Under the pieces are notes generated by a model. The model searched no databases, was not told the origin of the DNA, and saw nothing but the letters and a program-made list of their open reading frames with translations. A DNA stretch of 64,000 bases from the human T2T-CHM13v2.0 reference genome, Homo sapiens: the NCBI RefSeq assembly GCF_009914755.1, contig NC_060930.1, one strand, 5' to 3'. Positions 30,525 through 45,296 of the stretch are shown piece by piece; the first letter of the stretch is position 1, and each line of letters starts with the position of its first letter. Both the position numbers and the translations under genes were made by a program.

Positions 30525-31907
30525 GTGAGTTCTACCCACTGTGTAGAGAAATGTGAGCCTCACACAGCCCTTCTTGCCTGATGAGGTTAGTCTGGACACA
30601 TTGGTCTTAACTCCATAGACTTCTCTAGTCCTACTGGATATGACAGAACTATGGGACTATAGTCCTATTTCTGTGCATAAAGAAATACATTCTTGAGAGT
30701 TTATTCACACACATGTAGTGGTACACAGACTTGTACCAATAGTCATGGTGTCATGTTCTTAACAGCGAGGAAGAAGAATAGAGTGAGATAGGGTGATCCC
30801 AGCACTTGCTTTGAGTAAGCTCCAACGTTCCCTGTGCTTCACTCCTGTTTCAGCCAGAATAACCAAAAGTTGAAACCCACTTTGATCTGTGAAGAGTTGA
30901 TAAATTGGCCTCCCTTGGAAGCTTTACTAGTCCTGCTTTCACCAAGTACAGAGCACTGTGCCAGCCGCTATGATAGAAACACTTGGGTTTCCTGAGCCTG
31001 TAAAATTCATTCATTCATCTAGTGAGGATTTATTGAGAGCCTGCTGTTTGCCAGGCATAGTGCCAGATGCTTTGAGCAGATGCAAAAATGAATAAACCAC
31101 AGTCCCCACTCTCCAGGCACTCACTGCAGAATGCATTACATAAATGTTTTCAAGAAGAAGGGTCTGTCTCCTGACTGCTCGCCCCCACCTCTACTCTTGC
31201 AACCATGCAATCATTGCCTCTGCCACTTCTAATAAGTTTGAATACTATTCAGAGTAGATTTGGTGAGAACGGAAGGGGAACAGAAAATATAAGAATGAGA
31301 GTGGGATCTAGACCAGGGATAAGAATGAAAGTTGGCCTGGAGCTTTGGCTAGGCCGGGGGCTGCTGCCAGAAGTTCTGTCTGAGTGTTGTAGCTGTATGT
31401 CACAGATTCCATTCAGCTGCTTCCTAAGCTGGTAATTCTGAAAGTTACACTGGAAAAGAATGTAACTGGCACCAACTTACTTGGCACACTGCTGAGATGT
31501 GCTGTAGAGGTTGCTATATCCCTGCATTTCTCAGAAGTATGGCCCTGGACACACACAGCCCTCCGAGGCCATGACTTGGGTCCAGCTCCCTCCCACTGAC
31601 CTACATTCACTGCTGTACTGTGCCAGCTCTGGGAGCTGAGGAGTGCTCACCAGTGGCACAAGCTCCAGCACAGTGCAGGGCCAAGGGAGTAAATAATCCT
31701 GGGAAAGCTGGCCTTGCTTCATCTGCTCACATGTGGATCTCATTGAATGAGGAGAGGGCAAAAAATGGGTGGCCAGAACCAAAAAGGGATTTACCCTTGG
31801 CAGTTTTCCTTCTTGGTAGTTTCCAAACCACTGCATAGATTAAAATAAAAATTAAGGATTTATCCAACCATTGTCTTTCCCCATCTGACCAGCAGTCTTG
31901 TCTATAG

Positions 31908-32036
31908 GGCTATCTCCCAGCAAACACTGAGAGGAGGAAGTTGACCCTGCAGCGGAAGCGGGAGGAATATTTTGGCTTCATTGAACAGTATTATGACTCT
32001 CGAAATGAGGAACATCACCAGGATACCTACAGACAG
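31908..32036 (+). CDS. TBC1D22B: TBC1D22B exon 6 (GYLPANTERRK...QDTYRQ), 129 nt, phase 0-0
   Basis: ctatag acceptor, CAG|GTACAG donor; open frame. Confidence 0.95.
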
Positions 32037-32885
32037 GTACAGTCACCACCTGCTGCCTCTTTGCTTACCAGTCATATACTTTAGGTATGTCTCATGGTAG
32101 TGCTCTCAGGGTACAGGCTTTCCAAGTCTTCAGGCTGTGGTATATTGGTTAGGAGTTAAATTTATCCTCAAAACTGTTTCCCCTCTTTTCATTCAGCAAC
32201 TCTGATTTTAGCCATTTTAAATAGACAGACTTTTTTGGCACTAGTCAGTGCACTGCTTCTCAAACTTTAATGTACATACAAATCACCTAGGATCTTGATA
32301 AGATCTCACCTAGAGATTATGAGAAAATGCAGATTCTGATTTAGCAGGTCTCAGGTAAAGCCTGAAGTTCTGATGTGCTCCCTTGCAATGCTGCTGCTGC
32401 TGGTCCACCAACCACACTGTGAGTAGTAAGCGTTATCGAGCATGGAGAGGAAAGACAAGCTTACCTAGCCGTGGTCCAGTCCCTCTGGACTATGACATCA
32501 GTATGTCTTCCTGGCAGCTGCACTACTGTTTTGGCATCTGTGACTGTAGGAGCTGTAGCTTTCAGTAGTCTTGTCAGGGAGTCTTCTGTCATTGCCCATA
32601 ATGGTCCTCATGGTCTGCGGAAAGGTCTGCTCCCAACATCACATGTGGAGGGAGGAGAAGAGTAGGCCAGGGGTTGCAGAAAGTGGAAGGTGGGCAGCTA
32701 TTTACAACAAGCCTCAAGAACTGAAGTAGCCTCTGCTGCTGCTGCTGCTGACGCAGTCTTTTGCATAGTTAGACTGGGCACTGGGAAATCCCTGAGTTGA
32801 AATGGACTATAGTGATGTCTTAGGTAACAGAAGTAAGAACTTTCAGCTTCAGTTACTGAAGGCCAACTCCTTTTGGTCCTTCCCC

Positions 32886-33554
<669 letters not shown>

Positions 33555-33886
33555 TAGGACATTTTTGCAGCTTTCTGAGCTCTTCTAGTTCTTAGGAACT
33601 GTTGATGAGTAAGATTCTGAAAGATGGGTACCTACTTGGATCATACCTGCTACATACATGCCAGCCCAGAGTGAAACAGACTTCAGAGCAATAAGAAAAA
33701 ACCCTTAATCTGTGAAGCCTATTGCCATTTGACTTTAGTGGTTTCTTTTGGGAGGTTTCCTCACTGTTTAATAAGCTACTGTTGTCATGGAAACATGTTC
33801 CACATGGGCAGGTAGGTATAACTAGATTTTTTTCCTGTGTCAGTCACTTCTTTCTGAAGATAAATTGTGTTTTCTTACTACTTTGA

Positions 33887-34190
<304 letters not shown>

Positions 34191-34225
34191 AGATGATTCC
34201 CATTTCTTTAAAAAAAAAATTGTCA

Positions 34226-34649
<424 letters not shown>

Positions 34650-34949
34650 GTGAGGGAATTACTTAATGTTCTTTGGCGCTTCTCCCCGCATAGTTCTGTG
34701 GCACCTGTTTACAGGTTTGCGGCTAATCATAATAGTACCTTATGTTCATATATGCAGCTTTGGTTCCTTCAGAGCATGGTTTCATACATTCTCATTTGAT
34801 CTTTGTTACAAATCTGTGAGCGGAATAACACTTTGAAAGGCTAAGGAACTTGCTCAGAATTTTGAGGCTACCTGGTGGCAGAATGAAGAACCCACATCTT
34901 AGAATTCCTATTCCTGTATTTGCTCTACTTTATCAAGCTGGAAGTAGTG

Positions 34950-35480
34950 ATTTTTTAAATTGTGGTAAAATATACATAATATAAAATTTACTGTGTTAAC
35001 CATTTTTTAGTGTACAGTTCAGTGGCATTAAGTACAGTCACGTTATTGTATGACCATCATCACCATCCACTTCCAGAACATTTTTCATCTTCCCAAACTG
35101 GAACTCTGTATCCATTAAATATTAACTCTCTTCTGCAGCCTCCATTCTATTTGTCTCTAAGAATTTGACTACTCCAGGCAGCTCAAATAAGTGGAATCAT
35201 ACAATATTTGTCCTTCTGTGACTGGCTTATTTCACTTAGCATAATATCTTTAAGGTTCATCCCTGTTGTTGCATGTGTGAATTTCCTTTTTTAAGGCTGA
35301 ATAATATTCCGTTGTACATATGTAACACATATTGTTGAGCTGTTCATCTATCAGTGGACACATGGGTTGCTTTCACCTTTTGGCTATTGTGAGTAATGCT
35401 GCTGCTAGTATGGGTATGTGAATATCTGTTTGAGTCTCTGTTTTAAATTCTTTTGGGTATATATTTAGAAGTGGGAGTAG
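34950..35480 (-). mobile_element. L1M 3' fragment
   Basis: aattgtggtaaaatatacataatataaaatttac... Confidence 0.8.
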
Positions 35481-36005
35481 TAGTTATATTTTGAGACCTA
35501 ACAAGTTAATGAAGTACATGGAAGGTGTCAGTGGGGCTATTATGTTTTGACTCAAGCAGTAACTGTAAACTTCTTAAGATTAGGGATTTCCTTTGCAACT
35601 TTACAGTAGCCAGGACACTAAGTACTAGTGCTCTTTTAACGGAACTTTCAGTTCTCATAGTAGAGAGGGATGGTGGTTAAAATGCTGAAAATAATTTCTA
35701 TTTGACTTTGGGTTATATTTATAATTTTGTTTAAATATAGATGTCTCCACTGGTGGGGTCCCTCATGTCTTACCCATAGCATAAAGAAGATTTTGAAGGT
35801 AACATCATTATTTTAACTATAAGATTCAGCTCACAGGAAGCTAAAAACCCATTCATGATCCCTTTATCCTCCCATACAGTTTTCCATGGCTCAGCACTGC
35901 TTATTCCTCATTTTAACTTGGAGATGTTCAGAGACTTTTCTTTTACCTGTGCATGCTTACTCTGAATTTGGAGATGAGGAAAGTAGTCAGTTTAAAAGGC
36001 TTCTC

Positions 36006-36335
36006 AGCCAGGCGTGATGACTCACTCCTATAATCCCAGCACTTTGGGAGGCCAAGGCCAGAGGGATTGCTTGAGCCCACGAGTTTGAGACCAGCCTGAG
36101 CCTAGGAGTTTGAGACCAGTCTGGGTAACATAGCAAGACCCTGTCTCAAAAAAATTACAGAATTAGCCAGGCATGGTGGTGTGTGCCTGTGCTACTGTGC
36201 CTGTGCTACTTGGGAGGCTGAGGAGGGAGGATCTCTTGAGCCCAGGTGGTCAAAGCTGCAATGAGCCATGATCGTGCTACTGCACTCCAGCCTGGGTGAC
36301 AGAGCAAGATCCTGTCTCAAAAAAAAAAAAAAAAA
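36006..36335 (+). mobile_element. Alu (J-like) with small internal duplications
   Basis: gagtttgagaccag twice; tgtgcctgtgctac twice. Confidence 0.88.
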
Positions 36336-36459
36336 GAGGTTGGGGGGTGGTGGCTTCTTTTAGTAGTGCATCCTGAATACAATATGGGAACTCAAACTTT
36401 ATTCTCCCCAATTTTTCCTGAATGACCATTTCATCTAGCAGGCTACAGTCATCTTTTAA

Positions 36460-36775
<316 letters not shown>

Positions 36776-38819
36776 GTAAAAATGCCAACCAAGAAGCAAA
36801 GAACTAAGTAACACTGAATACGGAAAGGCTTGCTTTGAAAACCTGAAAGATACTTGATAATTGCCTATAGTATGTAAGAATTACCCACACTAGTAGAAGA
36901 GACATTGGAAGACCTCCAGCGGTTCTCCTATCCACTCCTCTCTATAAGGCAGGATTATCCCAGACTTTTTCTATAGCGAACATCCCATGGTCTCCCCTGA
37001 TTACCAGGCTTGGTGCTCTTCAGTTTCCATCTCTTTGACCACTTCACTTGTACCATGTGAGTGTGTCTGTGTTGTTCCACCCTGACTAGAGAGGATGATC
37101 ACAGGTCTCCTGATTCTGAACAGCTAGCTTCCATGTACTTGGCCATTGTTACAGCCAGGCGCCAAGGATTTGAGTATTTACAAGGGGCTGATCCTATAGA
37201 GTAGAAGCCCTTCTAAGTCCTTTGGAAAGACCAACCTGGAGGAGCTTTTTAATAGAGGCATCTAGACAGACCCAGGTCACAAGAAGTGCAAAGAAAGAGA
37301 GTGAGGCAGGGAATTATTGAGATTTTCCTGAAAACGATGGTTCTAGCTTTGGCTGTATTTTCAAGATAGAGGGATCATTTAGCAACAGAGAGGAAATAGA
37401 GTGTAAGAGCGTTCCCATTAGAGTGTTGGGCCGAATGCAAATGAGGGTGCTATGCCTTTTCCTCAACTACACAAAGCAAATGGGTAGGTCTAGTGAAGGC
37501 AGAGAGGCCAGCTCCCTTCCAGGAAAGGCTTTGTTCTCACTACCTATGAAGGCAGCAGTGTTGACAGTGAAAGAAACCGTTTCTCAGCTCTGTTTGCCCG
37601 CTGTAGGCACAACGATCTATGACAGAGAGGCTGGGAAGCATCCTTTATGTCTCTAGATTCTCTGTGTCCCTCCTACACTAGATAACCATCTCCAAAAACC
37701 ATATAACCATTTCCTGTTTGTTGGTCTCCCTGGGAGGTTTTTCTGCCTTCCACCTGCTTGAGAGGGCCTCTTCAATCTGATGCAGTGGTGACTGGCTGAG
37801 ATTCTCCCAAGTCCACATGCTTTCTAATCTCCTACCCTATCATCTGCATGTACTCACATCACCTCTGCCATCTCTCTGGTGTGGTTCTCAGAGGCATGAG
37901 GCAGCCCAGTCAAAGCCAGTCTCAAGAATGTGTCAGACTTGGGAATTGTGGTCACCAGGATGAAACCAGGCAATGGGTATTATCAGGTTGAGAGAAGATG
38001 GGGAGAAGCTCAGAGGGCCTAATGAAAGCGAGGGGAGTATAGTTGAGTGGGACAGGGCATGATTATGTAAAGGGACCATAAAGATCTTTCCTTTGTCCCC
38101 AGTGTAGGCCTCTGGCTTCTTATGGCTAATATGCTAAACCCCAGGGCCTTTCCCATGGGGCCCTGGCTGGTTTCTCTGTTCTCAAATTCCCAGCTATAGG
38201 AGTCCATAGGATTTTGTTTGACTTCCTATCCTTAGCAAACATCTGAGTTGTATCCTGATATGTGAACTGACTTCCTGCAATGTGCAGTCTGTCACTTGGT
38301 CCTAGTCAGGCTGGGTTAGAATTAAATCAAGACCACCTTTCTTCTCAGGCAGGGAGAGGGGAGGGTGGTAGAAAAGGTATTTCCTGTCTAAATCCTATAA
38401 TGACCAAAAAAAAAAAAATTTAGAAAAAAGCATCAGAACTGGGATGTCCTGATATCTTGCTCTTGGAAATAGGAAACCATATCTACAGATGAGAATGTGG
38501 TGGCCTGAATTAACAGCATTCATCCCAAATGTTTTCTAAGGCATTTGGGTTTGCTGTTCTTTCCTTCTCCCAATTTTATATTGTGGTGACCAGATAATGA
38601 AAAAATGAATAAAGGGCAAGAAGTATCTACCCCTACTTGAAAACAATTAGTGTATTTAGAAACTTTTTGCATTTATATACTTCTTTATCCCACAGTATCT
38701 TAAAATTTTCCTAAAAATTCTACACCAACCTGGAGGTAAATTGTGAAGTAGGTAAACGGAGGGAAGGAGTGTGTGTCCCCGTGATTTAACACTCGTGTCT
38801 TTCTTTCTCATTTTCCTAG

Positions 38820-38934
38820 ATCTTTGAAAGAATTCTATTTATTTGGGCCATCCGCCACCCTGCCAGTGGGTATGTCCAGGGAATTAATGACCTGGTCACT
38901 CCATTCTTTGTCGTCTTCCTCTCAGAATATGTGG
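38820..38934 (+). CDS. TBC1D22B: TBC1D22B exon 8 (IFERILFIWAIRHPASGYVQGINDLVTPFFVVFLSEYV), glutamine-finger exon
   Basis: ttttcctag acceptor, G|GTAAGA donor; GYxQG motif. Confidence 0.96.
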
Positions 38935-40547
38935 GTAAGAAGCATTAGTACCAAGCTGAACAAGCTATTGCTCTTTCTTATCTGCCGTCTGTCTGTTTGT
39001 TTTTCCCAAGAGTCCAGCCAGTAGGTATGTCTTGCTAGAAAATAGAGAGTGCCTTTGGCATACACAGCTAAAACTACTTTTAACAGCGGTTGCTGCCTGG
39101 AATTTATCTCTTAAGATGGTCACAGATCTCACCTAAAAAGACCTGCTTTGTCACAAGAATGACCACATTGATATGTTTTGTGGTTTGATGGTTTATTTGA
39201 GATTATTTTAGGATTATTTTGAACTTGTTTCCGACATAGGCCCTCATCCATGTAAACTGGAATTTTAGATTGGACATCAAGCCTGCACACTCCAGTTCAC
39301 TTGCTGTATCTTAGGAGCAGGATGTGGACGTGCAGAGGACAAAAGATTGTGGCACCAGAACACAGCACATACGGGAAGTGATGGAATGGGCCAAGGAGGA
39401 CTCCAGGACCTTGATTTCTCCCCACTCCTTCTTCACCTCTCACCCCATTGGGTTCTTGTCACTTTGGAGAGAGATTAGATTTCATGGCAGCAGGTGGGTT
39501 TTCTTGTAGTCCCAGCCTCTGCCAGCCAGCCTAAGTTAAGCAGAGTCTTAAAGGAGTTGAGGATCCTGTGTTTCTCTGTTTTGGTTTCCTTAATCACTTG
39601 TGCTGAGAGAGTCACAGGAAAACCCATCTGCCATGGCCTGATGCTTTGTTTCCTTAGGTAAGGAGAACCTCATGTAGGAATAAGAACATCGAAAGGATCT
39701 TAGAAAGCCATTCATGTAATCCCTCATTTCACTGAGAAGTTGTGAGATTCTCTGTCTCCTTATTAGAGGCAGAGCTAGAACTAAAACCATTTTCTTTAGA
39801 CTCTGAGGGTAGTGGATGATTGTGGTTTTTGGAGGAAGCCATTTGGAGGGGTTAGAGGGTTGGGTAATGAGAAATGGGTGAGAGTGGAACCCTTTGGAGA
39901 GGAGAGCATAAGAAATGTCTCACTTGGCCTATCCTATCCAGGTTTTGCGATGGGGCTCAAAGGGATGATGAGGTCTTTCATGAGGCGATCTCAGAAAATT
40001 AAGAATTAAGGCAACTAAGAAAGCTTTTTCTAGAGGACTTTTTACATATCCTCCCCACCCCCCCGCCTTAATAGATCAACTTTTGGAAGCAGCGTAATTC
40101 TGCTGTGTGTTGTATAATTTTATCAAGAGAGCATTTCAGCTGATCTGTTGTGATTTTTTAGTTGCTTCTTGCAGTAGTAATTTTCTAAAATAGTATTGAA
40201 GAATGAGCCTAGGATGGTATTAATCCATTCATTAATCTACATTTGAAGTCTAAATGCTGTCATGAAATCTTGCTAACAGTGTTATGCCAGTTAAAAATAA
40301 TCCTCAGCAGCTGTAGTTCTGATTAGTTATTTAATTATCTTCTTAGCTACCATTTATATTTTGTTCCAAGCATGTCTTCACTTTCTTCAAGTGCCCATCC
40401 CATTACTACCTCAACCCCATCAAGCAGTGTGCCTTCCTGGGATAGATATGACTGCTTTCTGATCTTGGTACAGGCATATCTTGTTTTATTGAGCTTTGTA
40501 GATACTGCATTTTTATAAATTGAAGATTTGTGGCAACCCTGTGTTGA

Positions 40548-40953
<406 letters not shown>

Positions 40954-41769
40954 CAACTTTACATTATTATTATATCTGTCATGGTCATCTGTGATCAGCA
41001 AACTTTGATGTTACTATTGTAATTATTTCAGGGTGCCATGAACTGCCTCCATCTAAGACAGTGAACTTAATTTATAAGTGTTGTGTGTGTTCTGATTGCT
41101 CCACCAGCTGGTCCTTCCTCATCTCCCTCTCCTTGGGCCTCCCTATTCCCTGAGACACAACAATATTCAAATTAGGTCAATTAATAACCCTGCAAAGGCT
41201 TGTAAGTGTTCAAGGGAAAGGAAGAGTTACATGTCTCTCACTTTAAATCAAAAGCTATAAATGATTAAGCTTAGTGAAGAAGGTAGGTCAAAAGCTGAGA
41301 CAGACTGAAAGCTATGCCTCTTGTGCCAGCATGCCTAATTGTGAGCAAAGGAAAAGTTCTTGAAGTAAAATTAAAAGTGCTACTCCAGTGAACACACAAA
41401 TAGTAAGAGATCAAAATAGCCTTATTGCTGATATGGATAGAAGAATGAACTAGCCACAACATTCCCTTAATCCAGAGCTTAACCCAGAGCAAGGCCTTAA
41501 TTCTCTTCACTTTCATAAAGGCTAAGAGAGGTGAGAAAGCTACAGAAGAAAAGTTTGAAGCTAGGAGAAGTTGGTTTTCATGAAGTTTAGGGAAAGAAGC
41601 CATCTCCATAACATGAAAGTGCATGGTGAAGCGACAAGTGCTGATGTAGAAGCTGCAGCAAATTGTCCGGAAGATCTAGTTAAGATCATTGATGAAGGCG
41701 GTACACTAAACAGCAGATTTTCAATATAGACAAAACAGTCTTCTATTGGAAAAAGATGCTATCTGGGAC

Positions 41770-42052
41770 TTTCTTTTTTAAATTTAATTATTTTTTTAAG
41801 AGACAGTGGCATGATCATAGCACAGTGTAACCTTATACTCTGGCTAAAGCAATCCTCCTGCCCCCCCGAGTAGCTAGAACTGCAGATGCACACCCACCAC
41901 ACCCGGCTAACTTTATAAAAACAATTTTTGTAGAGAGGGGGGTCTTGGTATGTTGCCCAGGCTGGTCTTGAATTCCTGGTTCAAGTGGTCCTCCCATCTT
42001 GGCCTCCTGAGTAGTTGGGATTACAAGTACGTAGTAGCCACTATGGCCAGCC
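41770..42052 (-). mobile_element. Alu (J-like) in Tigger1
   Basis: tgctatctgggacttt/tgccatctaggacttt TSD. Confidence 0.85.
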
Positions 42053-42668
42053 TGCCATCTAGGACTTTCATAGCTAGAGGGGAGTAGTCAATGTCTGGCT
42101 TCAAAGGACAGGCTGACACTCTTGTTAGGGGCTAAGGCAGCTGGTGACTTTAAGTTGAAGCCCGTGCTCATTTACCATTCCAAAAACCCTAGGGACCTTA
42201 AGAATTATGCAAAATATACTTTGCCTGTGCTTTATAAGTGGAACAACAAAGCTTAGATGACAGCACATCTGTTTATGGCATGATTTATTGAATATTTTGA
42301 GGCCACTGTTGAGACCTCTTGCTCACAAAAAAAGATTTCTTTTAAAATATCACTGTCCATTGACAATGAACCTAGACACCTGAGAGCTCTGATGGAAATG
42401 TACAAGGAGATTAATGTTTTCATACCTGCCAACACAGCGTCTGTTCTGCAGCCTGTGGATCAAGAAGTCATTTCAACTTATGAGTCTTATTATTTAAGAA
42501 ATATATTTAGTTATTTAGTAAAGCTATAGCTGACATACTTTCTTGAGATGGAATCTACTCCTGGTGAAGATGCTGTGAACATTTGAAATGACAGGAAAAG
42601 ATTTAGAATATTACATAAACTCAATTAGTAAAGCAGTGGCAGGATTTGAGAAGGTTGACTCCAATTTT

Positions 42669-42982
42669 TAAAAAAATTTTATTTATTTATTTATTTGGAG
42701 ACAGGGTCCCACTCTGTTGCCCAGGCTGGAGTGCAGTGGTGTAATCATAGCTCAAACTGTAACCTCAAACTCCTGGGCTCAAGTGATCCTACTGCCTCAG
42801 CCTTCTGAGTAGGTGGGACTACAGGTGTGCGCCACCATACCCAGCCAATTTTTTTATTTTTTATAGAGATGGGGTTTTCATTGTGTTGCCCAGGCTGGTC
42901 TTCAATTCCTGGCCTCAAGCAGTCCTTTTGCCTTGGCCTCCCAAAGTCCTGAGAGTATAGGCGTGAGCTACCACACCTGGCC
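42669..42982 (-). mobile_element. Alu (J-like) in Tigger1, adjoining the retrocopy
   Basis: Reverse Alu between ttgactccaatttt and ttgacttcatttt. Confidence 0.88.
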
Positions 42983-42999
42983 AGATTGACTTCATTTTT

Positions 43000-43315
43000 T
43001 AATTTTTTATTTTTTTCAGATAAATAGAAAGTCTGGTTTTATTTTAAGCTTTACATTTTTGTCAAGTGCAAGGTCAGCCAGCTAAGATTTCCAATAATTA
43101 CTGAAGTAATAACTTCTGCTGGCATGTCTTCTGAGTCTCCATTTCCTCCACTGATATTCATCCAAATAATAAGAGAAACACAATTGCAGTTGAGTTTACT
43201 ATTATCAATGGCACTGTCATCAAGGTTCTTACAGATCAAATAAGGTTCATTAGCTGAGATTTAATTCCTGGCTCCTCTCCAAATCCATCGATTCCCTGGT
43301 CTCTTCCCCAGCCAA
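43000..43315 (-). pseudogene. IER3IP1: Processed pseudogene of IER3IP1 (codon 31 to the stop, short 3'UTR, poly(A))
   Basis: Minus strand reads GWGRDQGIDGFGEEPGIKSQLMNLI*SVRTLMTVPLIIVNSTAIVFLLLFG*, compared with recalled IER3IP1 GWGTDQGIGGFGEEPGIKSQLMNLIRSVRTVMRVPLIIVNSIAIVLLLLFG. No intron; premature TGA 43238-43236; native stop 43160-43158; AATAAA 43043-43038; A-tail from 43016. Confidence 0.92.
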
Positions 43316-43400
43316 AGTTCCACATGGCTGGGGAGGCCTCACAATCATAGCAGAAGACAAATGAGGAGCAGAGTCATGTCTTACATGGTGGCAGGCAAGA
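43316..43400 (-). mobile_element. THE1 (MaLR, THE1D-like) LTR fragment forming the 5' exon of the retrocopy
   Basis: TCTTGCCTGCCACCATGTAAGAC...GAGGCCTCCCCAGCCATGTGGAACT matches the recalled THE1 LTR and stops where the consensus continues GT(A/G)AGT. Confidence 0.85.
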
Positions 43401-43681
43401 GACTAACTTCAATTTTGGAAGAAGTTCTACCGTGGGTAAAATGCTATCAAACAGAGTCACATGCTACAGAGAAATCTTTTGTGAAAGGAAAAATCAATCA
43501 ATGTGGCCAACTTCATTACTGTCTTGTTTAAGAAATTGTCACAGCCAGCCCAGCCTTTAGCAACCATCACCCTGGTCAGTCAGCAGCCATCAACATTGAG
43601 GCAAGATCCTCCACTAGCAAAAAGATTATGACTTGCTGAAGGCTCAGATGATTGTTAGCACTTTTTAACAATAAAATATTA

Positions 43682-44225
<544 letters not shown>

Positions 44226-44404
44226 CTAGTCTTACCACCTCTCTCCATTCTCTACTCCCTCACCATTGTGAATTATTTTGAAGCAAATCTCAATGTCAAA
44301 CATCGTATCATTTTATGCATAAATTTTTTATATGTATCTCTGAAAAGTATATATGTATACACACACACATACACACACGTGCACACACATATATATATAT
44401 TATA

Positions 44405-44702
<298 letters not shown>

Positions 44703-45296
44703 AAAGACATTTTTTAAAACACACAGCCATAATGCAATTATCACATCTAAAAAGTAGTAATAGCTCCTTTATGTAATCTAATATACAGTCGTATTCATAA
44801 ATCTATTCAACAGTTTGAATCAGGGTCCAAATCAGAGCTGCGTATTATAGTTGGTTGTCTTTCTTAATCCTCCAGCTCCCATCCATCTCTCTTTCCCTTA
44901 GGAGTTTGTAGCTGTAGCCCTTGTTTTTCTGGCCAAGCAGTAACATTACACTGGTTTTTAAAGTACTTTACTATTTGCAAAGAACTTGGACATACTGATT
45001 TCCTTTAGTAGGGCCCAATATCTCTTTAAGGTAGATGTATCAAGCCATTTTATAAGGTGAAATATCCAAGATTCAGGGGTCTAATGAGCTTCTTGAACTC
45101 AAATACCTGTGCTTGGCTTTAATACCTGTGCTCTCTATATGACTTGGTGGTGTCTCAACTTCAATCCTTGTCCTTGGACTTCTAATGGCTTCACCTATTA
45201 TATTTAATGCTCTAAAGCAGGCAGTGCCTTTCTTATTGCTTATCTTTCTAAAAAAAATTGTAGTAGAAGTATGTTTATTAAAAAATCAAAACAACA

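Noticed and set aside
41271-42435. Minus-strand ORFs in the Tigger region
   Set aside because: Antisense to a decayed Tigger1 transposase; no intact transposase frame
43051-43239. 62-aa minus-strand ORF MICKNLDD...
   Set aside because: Alternative frame of the IER3IP1 pseudogene starting at a non-ATG codon; the homology is in another frame
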